This document shows positions 18,672-27,336 of a stretch of DNA of 42,353 bases, piece after piece. Position 1 is the stretch's first letter, and every line of letters starts with the position of its first letter. Under the pieces are notes generated by a model that did no database searches, was not told the origin of the DNA, and saw only the letters and a program-made list of their open reading frames with translations. The DNA comes from Bdellovibrionota bacterium (lineage in GTDB: Bacteria > Bdellovibrionota_C > UBA2361 > OMIW01), in NCBI GenBank assembly GCA_044345055.1, contig JBIJBT010000014.1:1-42353 (forward strand), given 5' to 3'. A program made the translations under genes and the position numbers.

Positions 18672-18727
18672 TGGGAGATGGCCATTGTGAGATGGCGAAT
18701 GTGAGATGGCCTTTGTGAGATGGTAGG
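18672..18727. repeat. 14-bp tandem repeat x4 in the gatCAB leader
   Basis: tgggagatggccat / tgtgagatggcgaa / tgtgagatggcctt / tgtgagatggtagg. Confidence 0.85.
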
Positions 18728-18968
18728 TCGGGAAATCAAGAACCCATCCCTGACCTTGATAAACAGGGGACAGAGTGCCATTAAAGTAGTAGAGTCGTCT
18801 ACTGCGGCTTTATATTTTGCGCGATTTTTCGGCAAATGGGAACCTTATTGCACCAGCAGCAGCACTCCCTCCCCGAGAGCTTAGGCCTCCAAACAGTTGC
18901 CGAAACTCCCTCCCTAGATGCTCGTGTTCCCTTTGCTAAATTTGAATTTTGGCAGGCGACAAAAACTT

Positions 18969-19880
18969 CTATCCAATCAGCCGCCCTGCCGCCTCTTTAT
19001 CTACAATCATCGTGACGTTCGGTAGAAGCCGTAAATAGGAGGCGGGACATCCTGACCAGATTGGGCCACAGAGGGTCTCGTAGAGAGCATCTTGCTTCCC
19101 GGCACCGGTGGCCACTAACAAAAGCTCAGTTCCTTTTTCAGCCATACCCTTTAATGTTCCGAGCCCCATCGTTACTGCCTGCTGGGGCACAGCGTTAGTA
19201 TCCCCTCCGAAAAAACGGGCATTTGCTCGCCGGGTTTCATCGGAAAGAGTTGTTAGGTGAGTGCCAACATCAAGCGCGCTACTCTTACTCCACGGCATCG
19301 AAAACCCAACGTGCCCATCGTGGCCTAAACCAAGAAGCTGAAGTTTGGGAGGATTTTGAGATACAAAATCCTCATACCGTTTACATTCGATCAGTAGCTC
19401 TTTTTCGTTCTTCGGCAGAACTTCCTCATGATTCCAAGTTTTCGGAAGATGAAGTCCCGATTCGGGGTCAAATCCATATTTGGTCAACGGAGTGAGATGC
19501 CTGAGCATCTCAGATCGATAACTTTGGTGAGCTTCGGGATTTAAGCCAACATACTCGTCGAGCCCTGCCGTCTTTAACTCCCTAAGGTCGAGTCCATCCC
19601 TCAACCATTGATGAATATTTGCCCAAATCGGCTCCATAGTTCCGCCCGTAGCAGTACCCAGCACCCGAGGTCCGGTTGCAGAAAGAACCTTCCAAACCTC
19701 ATCTGCTGCGAGGCATGACGCTACCTCCTGGTCTTCTGCAACGATCAGATTCACGCCCGGTAACAGCCGATCCGCTCCCTCAACCTGACCAAACGAAAAC
19801 GTTTTACAGAGACTTTTTAACCCCGTAAGTGCTGAAAAATCAGCTCCTGCTGCATCAAACGACTGTCCTGAACAAATCAT
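18969..19880 (-). CDS. nagB: Glucosamine-6-phosphate deaminase-like protein (divergent)
   Basis: VLGTATGGT, LDEYVGL, QLLGLGHDGHVGF, TRRANARFF, AVTMGLGT, PASYL. Confidence 0.8.
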   Translation of the reverse strand: MICSGQSFDAAGADFSALTGLKSLCKTFSFGQVEGADRLLPGVNLIVAEDQEVASCLAADEVWKVLSATGPRVLGTATGGTMEPIWANIHQWLRDGLDLRELKTAGLDEYVGLNPEAHQSYRSEMLRHLTPLTKYGFDPESGLHLPKTWNHEEVLPKNEKELLIECKRYEDFVSQNPPKLQLLGLGHDGHVGFSMPWSKSSALDVGTHLTTLSDETRRANARFFGGDTNAVPQQAVTMGLGTLKGMAEKGTELLLVATGAGKQDALYETLCGPIWSGCPASYLRLLPNVTMIVDKEAAGRLIG

Positions 19881-20108
19881 TTATTCACCTCACAACAACA
19901 TGACCGAGCATCGAGTAACCGCTGGACCTAATAAATACCCAGTTTCGAGAAATCTTCTAGCAGGGACTCACAAAAATCTCAAGAACTAGAACAATTAGAG
20001 GCTGCAGTCACTCAGTACTAACCTGTTCTATAGTTGCAAACCTGTTCACACCCTCGTCGAGCTGATACATTGGTTCTGCGATAATAAACCTTTCGCTCAC
20101 AATTACCG

Positions 20109-21479
20109 ATGCTCCCCAAAATTCTTTTCGTCGATGATGAACAACCTACTGCGGAGCTAACGGTCGCGCTCGTGCGGCCTTACCTGGCCCCCGAAACAAC
20201 GATACTTTTCGCCTCATCGCACACCGAGGCGATTAAGCAATTTCGAGAGCATCAACCATCTCTCGTTGTTACCGATCTCTCACTCGTTGCCGCCTCCGGC
20301 CCCGATTCCGGCTTTGCCCTAATTAGAGAGCTTCAGCGTCAATCGCCCCGTCCGGAGATACTAGTTCTCACCAGCCATCACGAGACCCAATACGGAATCG
20401 AGGCACTCAAGCACGGCGCCGCTGCGTTCCTCGCCAAGCCGCCTCATCCCGAACACCTTGCCGCTCTAATCAATAATGGCCTAAACAACGCGGCACTTCG
20501 CGCAGCTTACGCCAACCTCAATCACCAACACCCCGCCGACGAAATCTCAGAGTTTCACGGATCCTCTGCTCATGCCAAAAGAATTCGCGATCAGATTCGT
20601 TTCGCCGCCTCGTCTCGTCTTCCCCTTCTTATAACCGGTGAATCGGGCACCGGAAAAGGTCTAGTGGCGCACGCAGTTCATCGCCGATCTCGATTGCCGG
20701 GTAAATTCGTAAGATATCAAGCAAATTTCGTATCAGGTGATCTTTTTGCAAGCGAGATGTTTGGCCACACCAAAGGTGCCTTTACCGGCGCCCTAAGCAC
20801 TAGGCGCGGACTCCTACTCGAAGCAAACGAAGGCACATTTTTTCTCGACGAAATAGATGAATTACCACTCTCCGCGCAGGTAACGCTTCTCGGTGTTCTT
20901 CAGGACAAACAGTTTCGTCAGCTCGGCTCAAACGCAGAAACTAGCTCACAATTTCGGCTCATCTCTGCAACAAACTGCCCCACCGATGAAGCCCTCCAAA
21001 ACGGAAAACTCCGCCGCGATTTTTTTCACCGAATCTCAGCAGTAACAATTCACCTACCTCCACTGCGCGAGCGTCCCGAAGATATCGCCCCCCTAGCCAC
21101 CGCCGCCCTAGAGCGTTCCCAACTAGAATCCGACCTTCCCCCGATCTCAATCAGCGACAACGCCCTCCTTCACCTAGAATCCCACTCCTGGCTCGGCAAC
21201 GTGCGAGAACTCCTCCAAGAAGTCCAACAAGCCGCCTACCGAGCCCTCTTTCGCGGCGACAATCGTATAGAGGTCGAGGATATTTCGGTGGTGAAAAATG
21301 GAGAAAATTCACCCAAACCTGAAGAAGATTCAGCAACCACCGATTTCCAAACCCAAGTCCAAACTTTTAAACGAAACCTAGTACTGCGAGCACTAGAGCA
21401 AACCAACAACAACCAGGTCCACGCAGCAAGATTATTGGGGATAGATCGAGGGAGTTTGCGGCGGATTTTGGAGGGGTAG
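20109..21479 (+). CDS. Sigma-54-dependent response regulator (NtrC family: REC, AAA+, Fis HTH)
   Basis: ILFVDDE, VVTDL, GESGTGK, FGHTKGAFTGA, FFLDEI, WLGNVREL, AARLLGIDR. Confidence 0.93.
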   Translation: MLPKILFVDDEQPTAELTVALVRPYLAPETTILFASSHTEAIKQFREHQPSLVVTDLSLVAASGPDSGFALIRELQRQSPRPEILVLTSHHETQYGIEALKHGAAAFLAKPPHPEHLAALINNGLNNAALRAAYANLNHQHPADEISEFHGSSAHAKRIRDQIRFAASSRLPLLITGESGTGKGLVAHAVHRRSRLPGKFVRYQANFVSGDLFASEMFGHTKGAFTGALSTRRGLLLEANEGTFFLDEIDELPLSAQVTLLGVLQDKQFRQLGSNAETSSQFRLISATNCPTDEALQNGKLRRDFFHRISAVTIHLPPLRERPEDIAPLATAALERSQLESDLPPISISDNALLHLESHSWLGNVRELLQEVQQAAYRALFRGDNRIEVEDISVVKNGENSPKPEEDSATTDFQTQVQTFKRNLVLRALEQTNNNQVHAARLLGIDRGSLRRILEG

Positions 21480-21674
21480 TGGGGGTACTGGTCGTTACTC
21501 GTAAATACCCCCGCTGGATACCGAAGCTGACTTGGACGAGATGTGCCAGATTCTCCGTGCACTATCTTTTTCGAAGACCATGAATGAAAAGCTCAGCGAT
21601 ATTTCGTCCGGATGCGCTTTGAGGTCTATCAGCTATTTAGAAAAACTCATTCGGTCTGTGTAACGAGAAACCCG

Positions 21675-21703
21675 TTGACTCGCCGGCGTTTTAGCGGCAG
21701 AAT
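21675..21703 (+). promoter_or_regulatory. Putative sigma-70 promoter placing the start site at ATG 21711
   Basis: TTGACT-N17-CAGAAT, then 7 nt to ATG. Confidence 0.45.
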
Positions 21704-21710
21704 CGCCGAC

Positions 21711-22859
21711 ATGGTAATGAAATACCCCCGTCTCCTTCGAGTCCCCTCATCGAGCTTCTTTCTCCTTGGTGTCAGAGGGGTCGGAAAAAGTACGTGGGTA
21801 AAGGGCGCACTCCCAAAGGCTCTCAGGATAGACCTCCTTGACGAAGCGCTTTACCAGGAATTGCTCGCTAATCCTGCGCTGTTTCGAGCCCTAATTCAGG
21901 ATCGCAGACCTAGAGACTGGGTAGTCATTGATGAGGTTCAGCGAATACCTTCTCTACTCAACGAAGTTCACAGGGCGATCGAGGAGCTTAAGGTGCGATT
22001 CGCCCTGCTGGGCTCAAGCGCACGTAAGTTGCGGCGGGCCGGGGTGAATTTGCTCGGTGGACGAGCAGTTAGGCTACAGATGAACCCGCTGATGCCAGAG
22101 GAGCTCGGTAAGGACTTCAACCTGGAGAAGGTTCTTCAACTCGGCACGATACCCCTTGTATGGTCTGCTCCGAATCCCGCAAAACAGCTCGAAGCGTATG
22201 TGCAGATGTATCTCAAAGAAGAGATTCAGGCAGAGGCGCTTGTGCGCAATCTTCCCGGATTCCTCAGGTTTTTACCGATCGCTGCCTTATTTCACGCCCA
22301 GGTATTGAACATCGACGGCCTTGCCCGAGACGCTGGCGTAGCCCGAACGACAGTTCAGGGCTACATAGAGATACTCGAAGATACGCTGCTTGCCTTCCGA
22401 TTGCCGGCCTTTGAGGGGCGACTAAGGGTGAAGGAGAGGAGACACCCGAAACTTTACTGGATCGATCCGGGTCTCGTACGAGCAGCCAAGAAACAGTTTG
22501 GCAAAGTATCTATCGAGGAGCGCGGAGCCCTCTTCGAGGGCTGGGTGATTACCCTCTTACGAGCGGAGAGAGATGCAGGTCGATTGGAGTTCGACGAGAT
22601 GTTCTATTGGGCAAGCGGGGGAACTGGTCCAGAGGTTGATATTATCCTTCAACGGGGAAGCGAGCTAATTGCGATTGAAGTAAAGGCTTCTGATCGTTTA
22701 CGCGATAATTTTGCCGATGGTTTGCGCGCGATAGTGGATCTTCCCGGAGTAAAAAGAAGAATTGTCGTGTATTTAGGCGCGCGCAGCGCACGTATCGATA
22801 CCACTATCGAAGTTCTACCCCTCGCACAATTCCTCAAGGGGCTCAACAAACTCTTTTAG
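21711..22859 (+). CDS. AAA_14-type ATP-binding protein with DUF4143 C-terminus (paralog of 1973..3118)
   Basis: GVRGVGKST, VVIDEVQ, LGSSARK, NLLGGRA, YLKEEI.AE.LVRNLP, EVDI...IEVK; start re-placed by comparison with the paralog. Confidence 0.9.
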   Translation: MVMKYPRLLRVPSSSFFLLGVRGVGKSTWVKGALPKALRIDLLDEALYQELLANPALFRALIQDRRPRDWVVIDEVQRIPSLLNEVHRAIEELKVRFALLGSSARKLRRAGVNLLGGRAVRLQMNPLMPEELGKDFNLEKVLQLGTIPLVWSAPNPAKQLEAYVQMYLKEEIQAEALVRNLPGFLRFLPIAALFHAQVLNIDGLARDAGVARTTVQGYIEILEDTLLAFRLPAFEGRLRVKERRHPKLYWIDPGLVRAAKKQFGKVSIEERGALFEGWVITLLRAERDAGRLEFDEMFYWASGGTGPEVDIILQRGSELIAIEVKASDRLRDNFADGLRAIVDLPGVKRRIVVYLGARSARIDTTIEVLPLAQFLKGLNKLF

Positions 22860-22902
22860 GATAGCCGCAAAGAAGAACGATGCAGGCTGGTCGGTTGGAA
22901 AT

Positions 22903-22937
22903 CCTTTTCTCTATACCTCAGAGGTATAGAGAAAAGG
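22903..22937. repeat. Perfect palindrome with 17-bp arms (probable bidirectional terminator)
   Basis: CCTTTTCTCTATACCTC-A-GAGGTATAGAGAAAAGG between convergent genes. Confidence 0.85.
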
Positions 22938-22970
22938 GAGGAGTTAAATTTTAGCAATTTGTTCGTCCTT

Positions 22971-24959
22971 TCAAGCTTGGGGCTGGGTTTCTTCAGGTTT
23001 TAAGAATATGTTGTATATACCTGGATTTCCTTCAATAGGAAAAGCTACGAATGCCTTGTCCAGAACTTCTGTAACAGGACGATAGTTGGGTTCTCCAAAA
23101 TTAGAATTATTAAGGTTACTGAAAGCTTTACAGAGAATCACGTTTTGACCGTCGTAACATACAACATAACCTGATTTGCCAAGGTTAACTAATTTTTCAT
23201 TTAAGTCAGAACCACCTAAACTAAAGGGTAGATTCTCGTTTACTTCAGAGTTTTTACTTTCTATAGCTTCTAAAATTCCGAGCAATTTACGAGCGGCTGC
23301 AATTTTGGTGATTCTTCCTGCGCAAATATCTAAAACAAATTCCTGCCATACTGAGGGTAGCATTTTGAAAGATTCAAGTTTGGGCAATTCTCCCTGAATT
23401 TTTCCAACAAGAGTCTGGTCATCATTTATTGAACCAGTATCAACATTGCTTATTAAAGCTGTCGCGACTCCGGTCATGCTTTTTTTGATGTCATTCCTCG
23501 AAAAAGAAGCGCTCTCTAACTGCTCGGGAGTCGGCGTTAGACAACGCTTCAGCAGAGGATTGACAATCCGGCTCTCTGTATCTTCTTTTGGTTGAGTGGA
23601 AGGAGATGCACTGCATAAAGCCCTGGTAATCCGACCCTTTCTAGTAGGCATACTGCTTAGCTGATCGGAGGGCACGGATTGGAAACCAAAAACCGAACGG
23701 ATTTTATTTACCGAATTTGAATTGAGTGCGTTTCGAATGTCCGTGGGCAAAATATTTATGAGCTTAGTCATATCATCAGTTGTAGTGACTCCGCTCACAA
23801 GCCGATTTGCAAAGTCATTAACGGCTCCACCTGTTCCCTTTAGTTGCGAAATAAGTCCTGAGCAAATATTAGGATCTTTTAAACATAATGCTACCAGAAA
23901 AGTACTGTCCTGCTGATAAATGTTTTCAAGATCAGCCGAAGCCCCCTGATCTATTGCATACGAAATCACTTGTTTTTTCCGCGCGTCTGATACTTCTTGT
24001 CGTAACTCCGAACCTCTTAGAGTGTTGTAAATAGAAGATAAAAATCCCTGTGGTCGATCAACCCCAAATAATTCTAATAGCTCACTCAGCGGACTATGCT
24101 CCGAGGCTAAATGTTGTTCAGCCAACTTCAATGCGACTTCAATTTCCTCACTTGCTAATTCTTCGCACGCATGACCTGTTCTTACTCCAGGACTCTGAGA
24201 CCTAGCGATTACTGGTATCCTTGGAGAGGAACCGAATTTCGGTGAACGAACTGTGGGTTGTTCGAACGGATCGGCAGAGGGAAATTCGTGTGGTCGCGTT
24301 GTCGCTGAACCGATTCTTTCCTGTGAATCTTGGTCCGAAGAAGAGTTATTCACGGACTCTTTTAAAGTGCCGAACGCTTCATTGACCCGCCTCTCCCTTT
24401 GTAAGCTCACGAATTCGCTATTCAGAAGATCGAGTGCTCCCTTAGTTATGTTGGTTCGGAGCTCGTCATAACTATCTGAATTCTGGGCGAGGGCTAAAAG
24501 CACCGCTGTTGCTAATTGTCGCTGATCGCTTGGCTGGAACCCAATGTCCTTCCCAAATCCCTCCAACAGACGGGACCATGGCGCATCGAACTTTTTTGAA
24601 TTCATCATCTCTCTGAGAGACTCAGATGCCTTACTCCACCGATCTGACTCTGATCCTGCCTTCATGAGATAGGTAAGAACTTTCTCTGCTAAAATAGGGG
24701 CCTCTAGACTCGATAAGGACCTAACAAAATCTTCCGCTGATTCACTAGCCCTAATAGCCTCCTGCACATGTGACAAGAGTTCGCCACTTTTATCGTCGCT
24801 CAAAGCATTTTCTAATTGAGTAAAACCGGCGCCTTGGAGGATGCCCGCTATTCGAACATCGGAGCTAATCAAAAAGTGGTTAGACGGTGTGTTTTGACCA
24901 TTCGATGTTTGAACTTCCCCTATCGCTCCGCTCTCTCTTAAAATCTGACCACTCACCAT
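22971..24959 (-). CDS. Large orphan hypothetical protein, AT-richer than its neighbours
   Basis: About 660-codon open frame, Ser/Asn-rich, no recognisable motif; purine-rich RBS before ATG 24959. Confidence 0.75.
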   Translation of the reverse strand: MVSGQILRESGAIGEVQTSNGQNTPSNHFLISSDVRIAGILQGAGFTQLENALSDDKSGELLSHVQEAIRASESAEDFVRSLSSLEAPILAEKVLTYLMKAGSESDRWSKASESLREMMNSKKFDAPWSRLLEGFGKDIGFQPSDQRQLATAVLLALAQNSDSYDELRTNITKGALDLLNSEFVSLQRERRVNEAFGTLKESVNNSSSDQDSQERIGSATTRPHEFPSADPFEQPTVRSPKFGSSPRIPVIARSQSPGVRTGHACEELASEEIEVALKLAEQHLASEHSPLSELLELFGVDRPQGFLSSIYNTLRGSELRQEVSDARKKQVISYAIDQGASADLENIYQQDSTFLVALCLKDPNICSGLISQLKGTGGAVNDFANRLVSGVTTTDDMTKLINILPTDIRNALNSNSVNKIRSVFGFQSVPSDQLSSMPTRKGRITRALCSASPSTQPKEDTESRIVNPLLKRCLTPTPEQLESASFSRNDIKKSMTGVATALISNVDTGSINDDQTLVGKIQGELPKLESFKMLPSVWQEFVLDICAGRITKIAAARKLLGILEAIESKNSEVNENLPFSLGGSDLNEKLVNLGKSGYVVCYDGQNVILCKAFSNLNNSNFGEPNYRPVTEVLDKAFVAFPIEGNPGIYNIFLKPEETQPQA

Positions 24960-25192
24960 CACTTCCCCCCTACCCACAAACTATCCAACACCCACCCTCT
25001 CCCCATCCCGCAGGGCCGCTTCGCTTCTCAGACTCACCCCTACTCGGACCCTTCGACCAAATTTAACGTTCCTTCCGATATGCAACCAACCCCGGAAAAG
25101 GTTGCACAGATTCAGCCGTTGCAGCTCTTAATTTTGATTTATTTTCAAAAAACTTTTTTTCTACCCTTCTCAACAGCCAAGATCCCCCTCCT

Positions 25193-25303
25193 CTAACTGG
25201 AGTATATAGGTCGCATTAGTTCAGCCTTTAACTGCGCAATCCCTTCCAACGCCAAAGCATGAGACGGTAACACACCACCAGAACTACCGACGGGCGGAAT
25301 CAT
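25193..25303 (-). CDS. Small ORF (36 aa) or truncated gene start, MIPPVGSSGGVLPSHALALEGIAQLKAELMRPIYSS
   Basis: Strong RBS GAGGAGGG just upstream of the ATG; shorter than any ORF in the supplied track. Confidence 0.4.
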   Translation of the reverse strand: MIPPVGSSGGVLPSHALALEGIAQLKAELMRPIYSS

Positions 25304-25441
25304 GAGACCCTCCTCATAATGCTGCATCCTATAACCTCAATCCCTCTGCGCAATAAAATGCAATGGTCGGCATCAACAAATTAGGAACCGCGATCCCGTT
25401 TCCCTCTATTTGCGCAGAGCGCTGCATGGAGAGAGGTTTGT

Positions 25442-26536
25442 TCATGTATCGAAAAGATCTTTATGGATTGATGACAACTCATACTTCCGGCTCTTTTTAG
25501 CCGGGTCAGCGATTACCACAAAGCCATTCGTTACCCAAGCGGTAAGCAGATTGCGAGCAGCTCGCTCAGATATAGAGAACAGAGCAGCCACATTGCTACT
25601 GGTGATGAAATCACTTTCCTTAAACAACACAAGGGCCTTGCGCTGGCGCGGGTCGAGCCGCCGCAAGAGCGAGGAGCGATCTTTTGCTCCACTACTGGAA
25701 GCCTCTGCGGCTCTTCGTTTTACGCTCTCAAAGCTATCTGCTACACCAGCGCAGAAATATTCCACCCATTTCGTAATATTCGCCTTGGCGCGTCCTTCGT
25801 AGTAGTTGTGGGAGGGGCCGACCGTAAGAGCTTCATAATACGCAGCAAGATTGCAGGCATAATATTCTTCAAGCGAATACAAACCTCTGAGGTCATAGCC
25901 GCCTCGGTGTAGAATAAGGGTCGTGAGCAGTCGCGCCGTGCGACCATTACCATCGTAATATGGGTGTATCGTAGCGAACTCATAGTGTGCTATCCCTGCT
26001 CGAATTGGGCAGGGTAATTCCTGGCGCTCAGTGGATGCTATCCAATCCACCAGCTCCCTCATGAGTAGTGGGACATCGTTCGCCTCAGGGGGCATGTAGA
26101 CAATGCGGCGGCTTCGGCCATCACGAATAACGTTTTGTCCGTCACGGTAGGGTGTAGGTTTTAATTTCTTGCGCCCTTCAGCCATCACCAGAGCATGAAG
26201 CGTTTGGATATTTTTTTCAGTCACTGCACCTTGCAAAGCCGCTAACTGCTCCAATTTTTCGAGCGCGGCATAATACCCCAGCACTTCTTTCTGGTCCCGA
26301 TCACGTCCCGGGAAGTGTTGCTTATCTTCAATCACCTTCGACACCTGTTCCTGCGTAAGCCGGTTACCCTCAATCATCGTGGAATAGTGCGTGGAGAATA
26401 ATCGGGCTGTTTCTCTTAGTGTCGCGAGAACAGAGGGAGTAATCGGCAAATCCTGCACAGCTTGTCTTGCGGCCTCAATTCGCATGAGGGAAGTGGCGAT
26501 TTTCGCGGTAATAGTAAATTTTGGCTTAAATGGCAT
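25442..26536 (-). CDS. Fic-family protein with C-terminal winged-helix
   Basis: IHPYYDGNGRTARL Fic motif; N-terminal STMIEGN inhibitory-type motif; C-terminal SISERAARNLL HTH. Confidence 0.93.
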   Translation of the reverse strand: MPFKPKFTITAKIATSLMRIEAARQAVQDLPITPSVLATLRETARLFSTHYSTMIEGNRLTQEQVSKVIEDKQHFPGRDRDQKEVLGYYAALEKLEQLAALQGAVTEKNIQTLHALVMAEGRKKLKPTPYRDGQNVIRDGRSRRIVYMPPEANDVPLLMRELVDWIASTERQELPCPIRAGIAHYEFATIHPYYDGNGRTARLLTTLILHRGGYDLRGLYSLEEYYACNLAAYYEALTVGPSHNYYEGRAKANITKWVEYFCAGVADSFESVKRRAAEASSSGAKDRSSLLRRLDPRQRKALVLFKESDFITSSNVAALFSISERAARNLLTAWVTNGFVVIADPAKKSRKYELSSIHKDLFDT

Positions 26537-26679
26537 ATTTCGGCGTTTTTCAAGGCAACAACCTATTCCGTTATTATGCCGTTAATATTCCGATAAAAAT
26601 AGGACTTTTTTGGATTAATTTGCAGCGACCGCGGGAGCTCTCTTCCTCTAAGCGATAAAAGAAACGCATACCCACCCAC

Positions 26680-26710
26680 GGACCTCTTTACCTCAGAGGA
26701 ATAGAGGTCC
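26680..26710. repeat. Imperfect palindrome sharing the core TACCTCAGAGG with 22903..22937
   Basis: GGACCTCT-TTA-CCTC-A-GAGG-AAT-AGAGGTCC. Confidence 0.7.
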
Positions 26711-26800
26711 AGGGGCAAAGGGAATGCCCTGATTGAAAATCCTCGTGTCTACTGTCGCTGTAGAGTTTGTACTCGCAGGCTTGGGCATGGACCCCCCCTC

Positions 26801-27043
26801 CTAACGCACCCCCTCTCTCGCACGGAGCTTGGAAAACCATGCTTGCTGCTCGACTAAGCCTGACGTATCGCGGAGAGGTAGCTGAGCTATCGCTTGATTG
26901 AACGCACCGCTCAGCTGCTGCATCGCAACGACCGTATCTGCTTCGCGAATCTCGCGATCACGGAGCTCCTGCATCCTCGCCCCCGCCCTCTTCCAGGCGC
27001 GAACGACCTCTGCCGCAGTTGGTGATGAATAGCTTTGAACCAT
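26801..27043 (-). CDS. Small hypothetical protein, possibly antitoxin-like
   Basis: 80 aa helical with WKRAG..M..LR..EIR and SGLVEQQ..F motifs, recalled from small genes that precede nucleotidyltransferases. Confidence 0.6.
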   Translation of the reverse strand: MVQSYSSPTAAEVVRAWKRAGARMQELRDREIREADTVVAMQQLSGAFNQAIAQLPLRDTSGLVEQQAWFSKLRAREGVR

Positions 27044-27336
27044 GTAACAAAGGTATCACACCGGACAGCCAAGCGACACTGAAGAAGGCCGATGAGGGCT
27101 GTTCAATCAAAAAACGAGAGCCCTCGGCCACGCCATCTCTTTTCCTCGGCCATTAAACTCCAGAGCTCAGTGGTATTGAAGCCCGGAGTGAAGGAGATCC
27201 ACAGGCCCATGCTATTATCGGACGTAAAGGGATTTGTACCCCTCCCCTTCTCCTTCACATCTCGCGTAAACATCCCAACCAAGCGAAACTATCAGAGTAC
27301 CATTTTGCTTCAGATCGACTATCCATTCGAGCCATC

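Noticed and set aside
18672..18727. Mini CRISPR array
   Set aside because: Period is 14 bp with 3-4 nt variable parts, far below CRISPR repeat-spacer size; no cas genes
18659..18835. Long N-terminal extension of gatC
   Set aside because: It translates the tandem repeat and promoter region; GTG 18658 has an RBS and gives a normal GatC length
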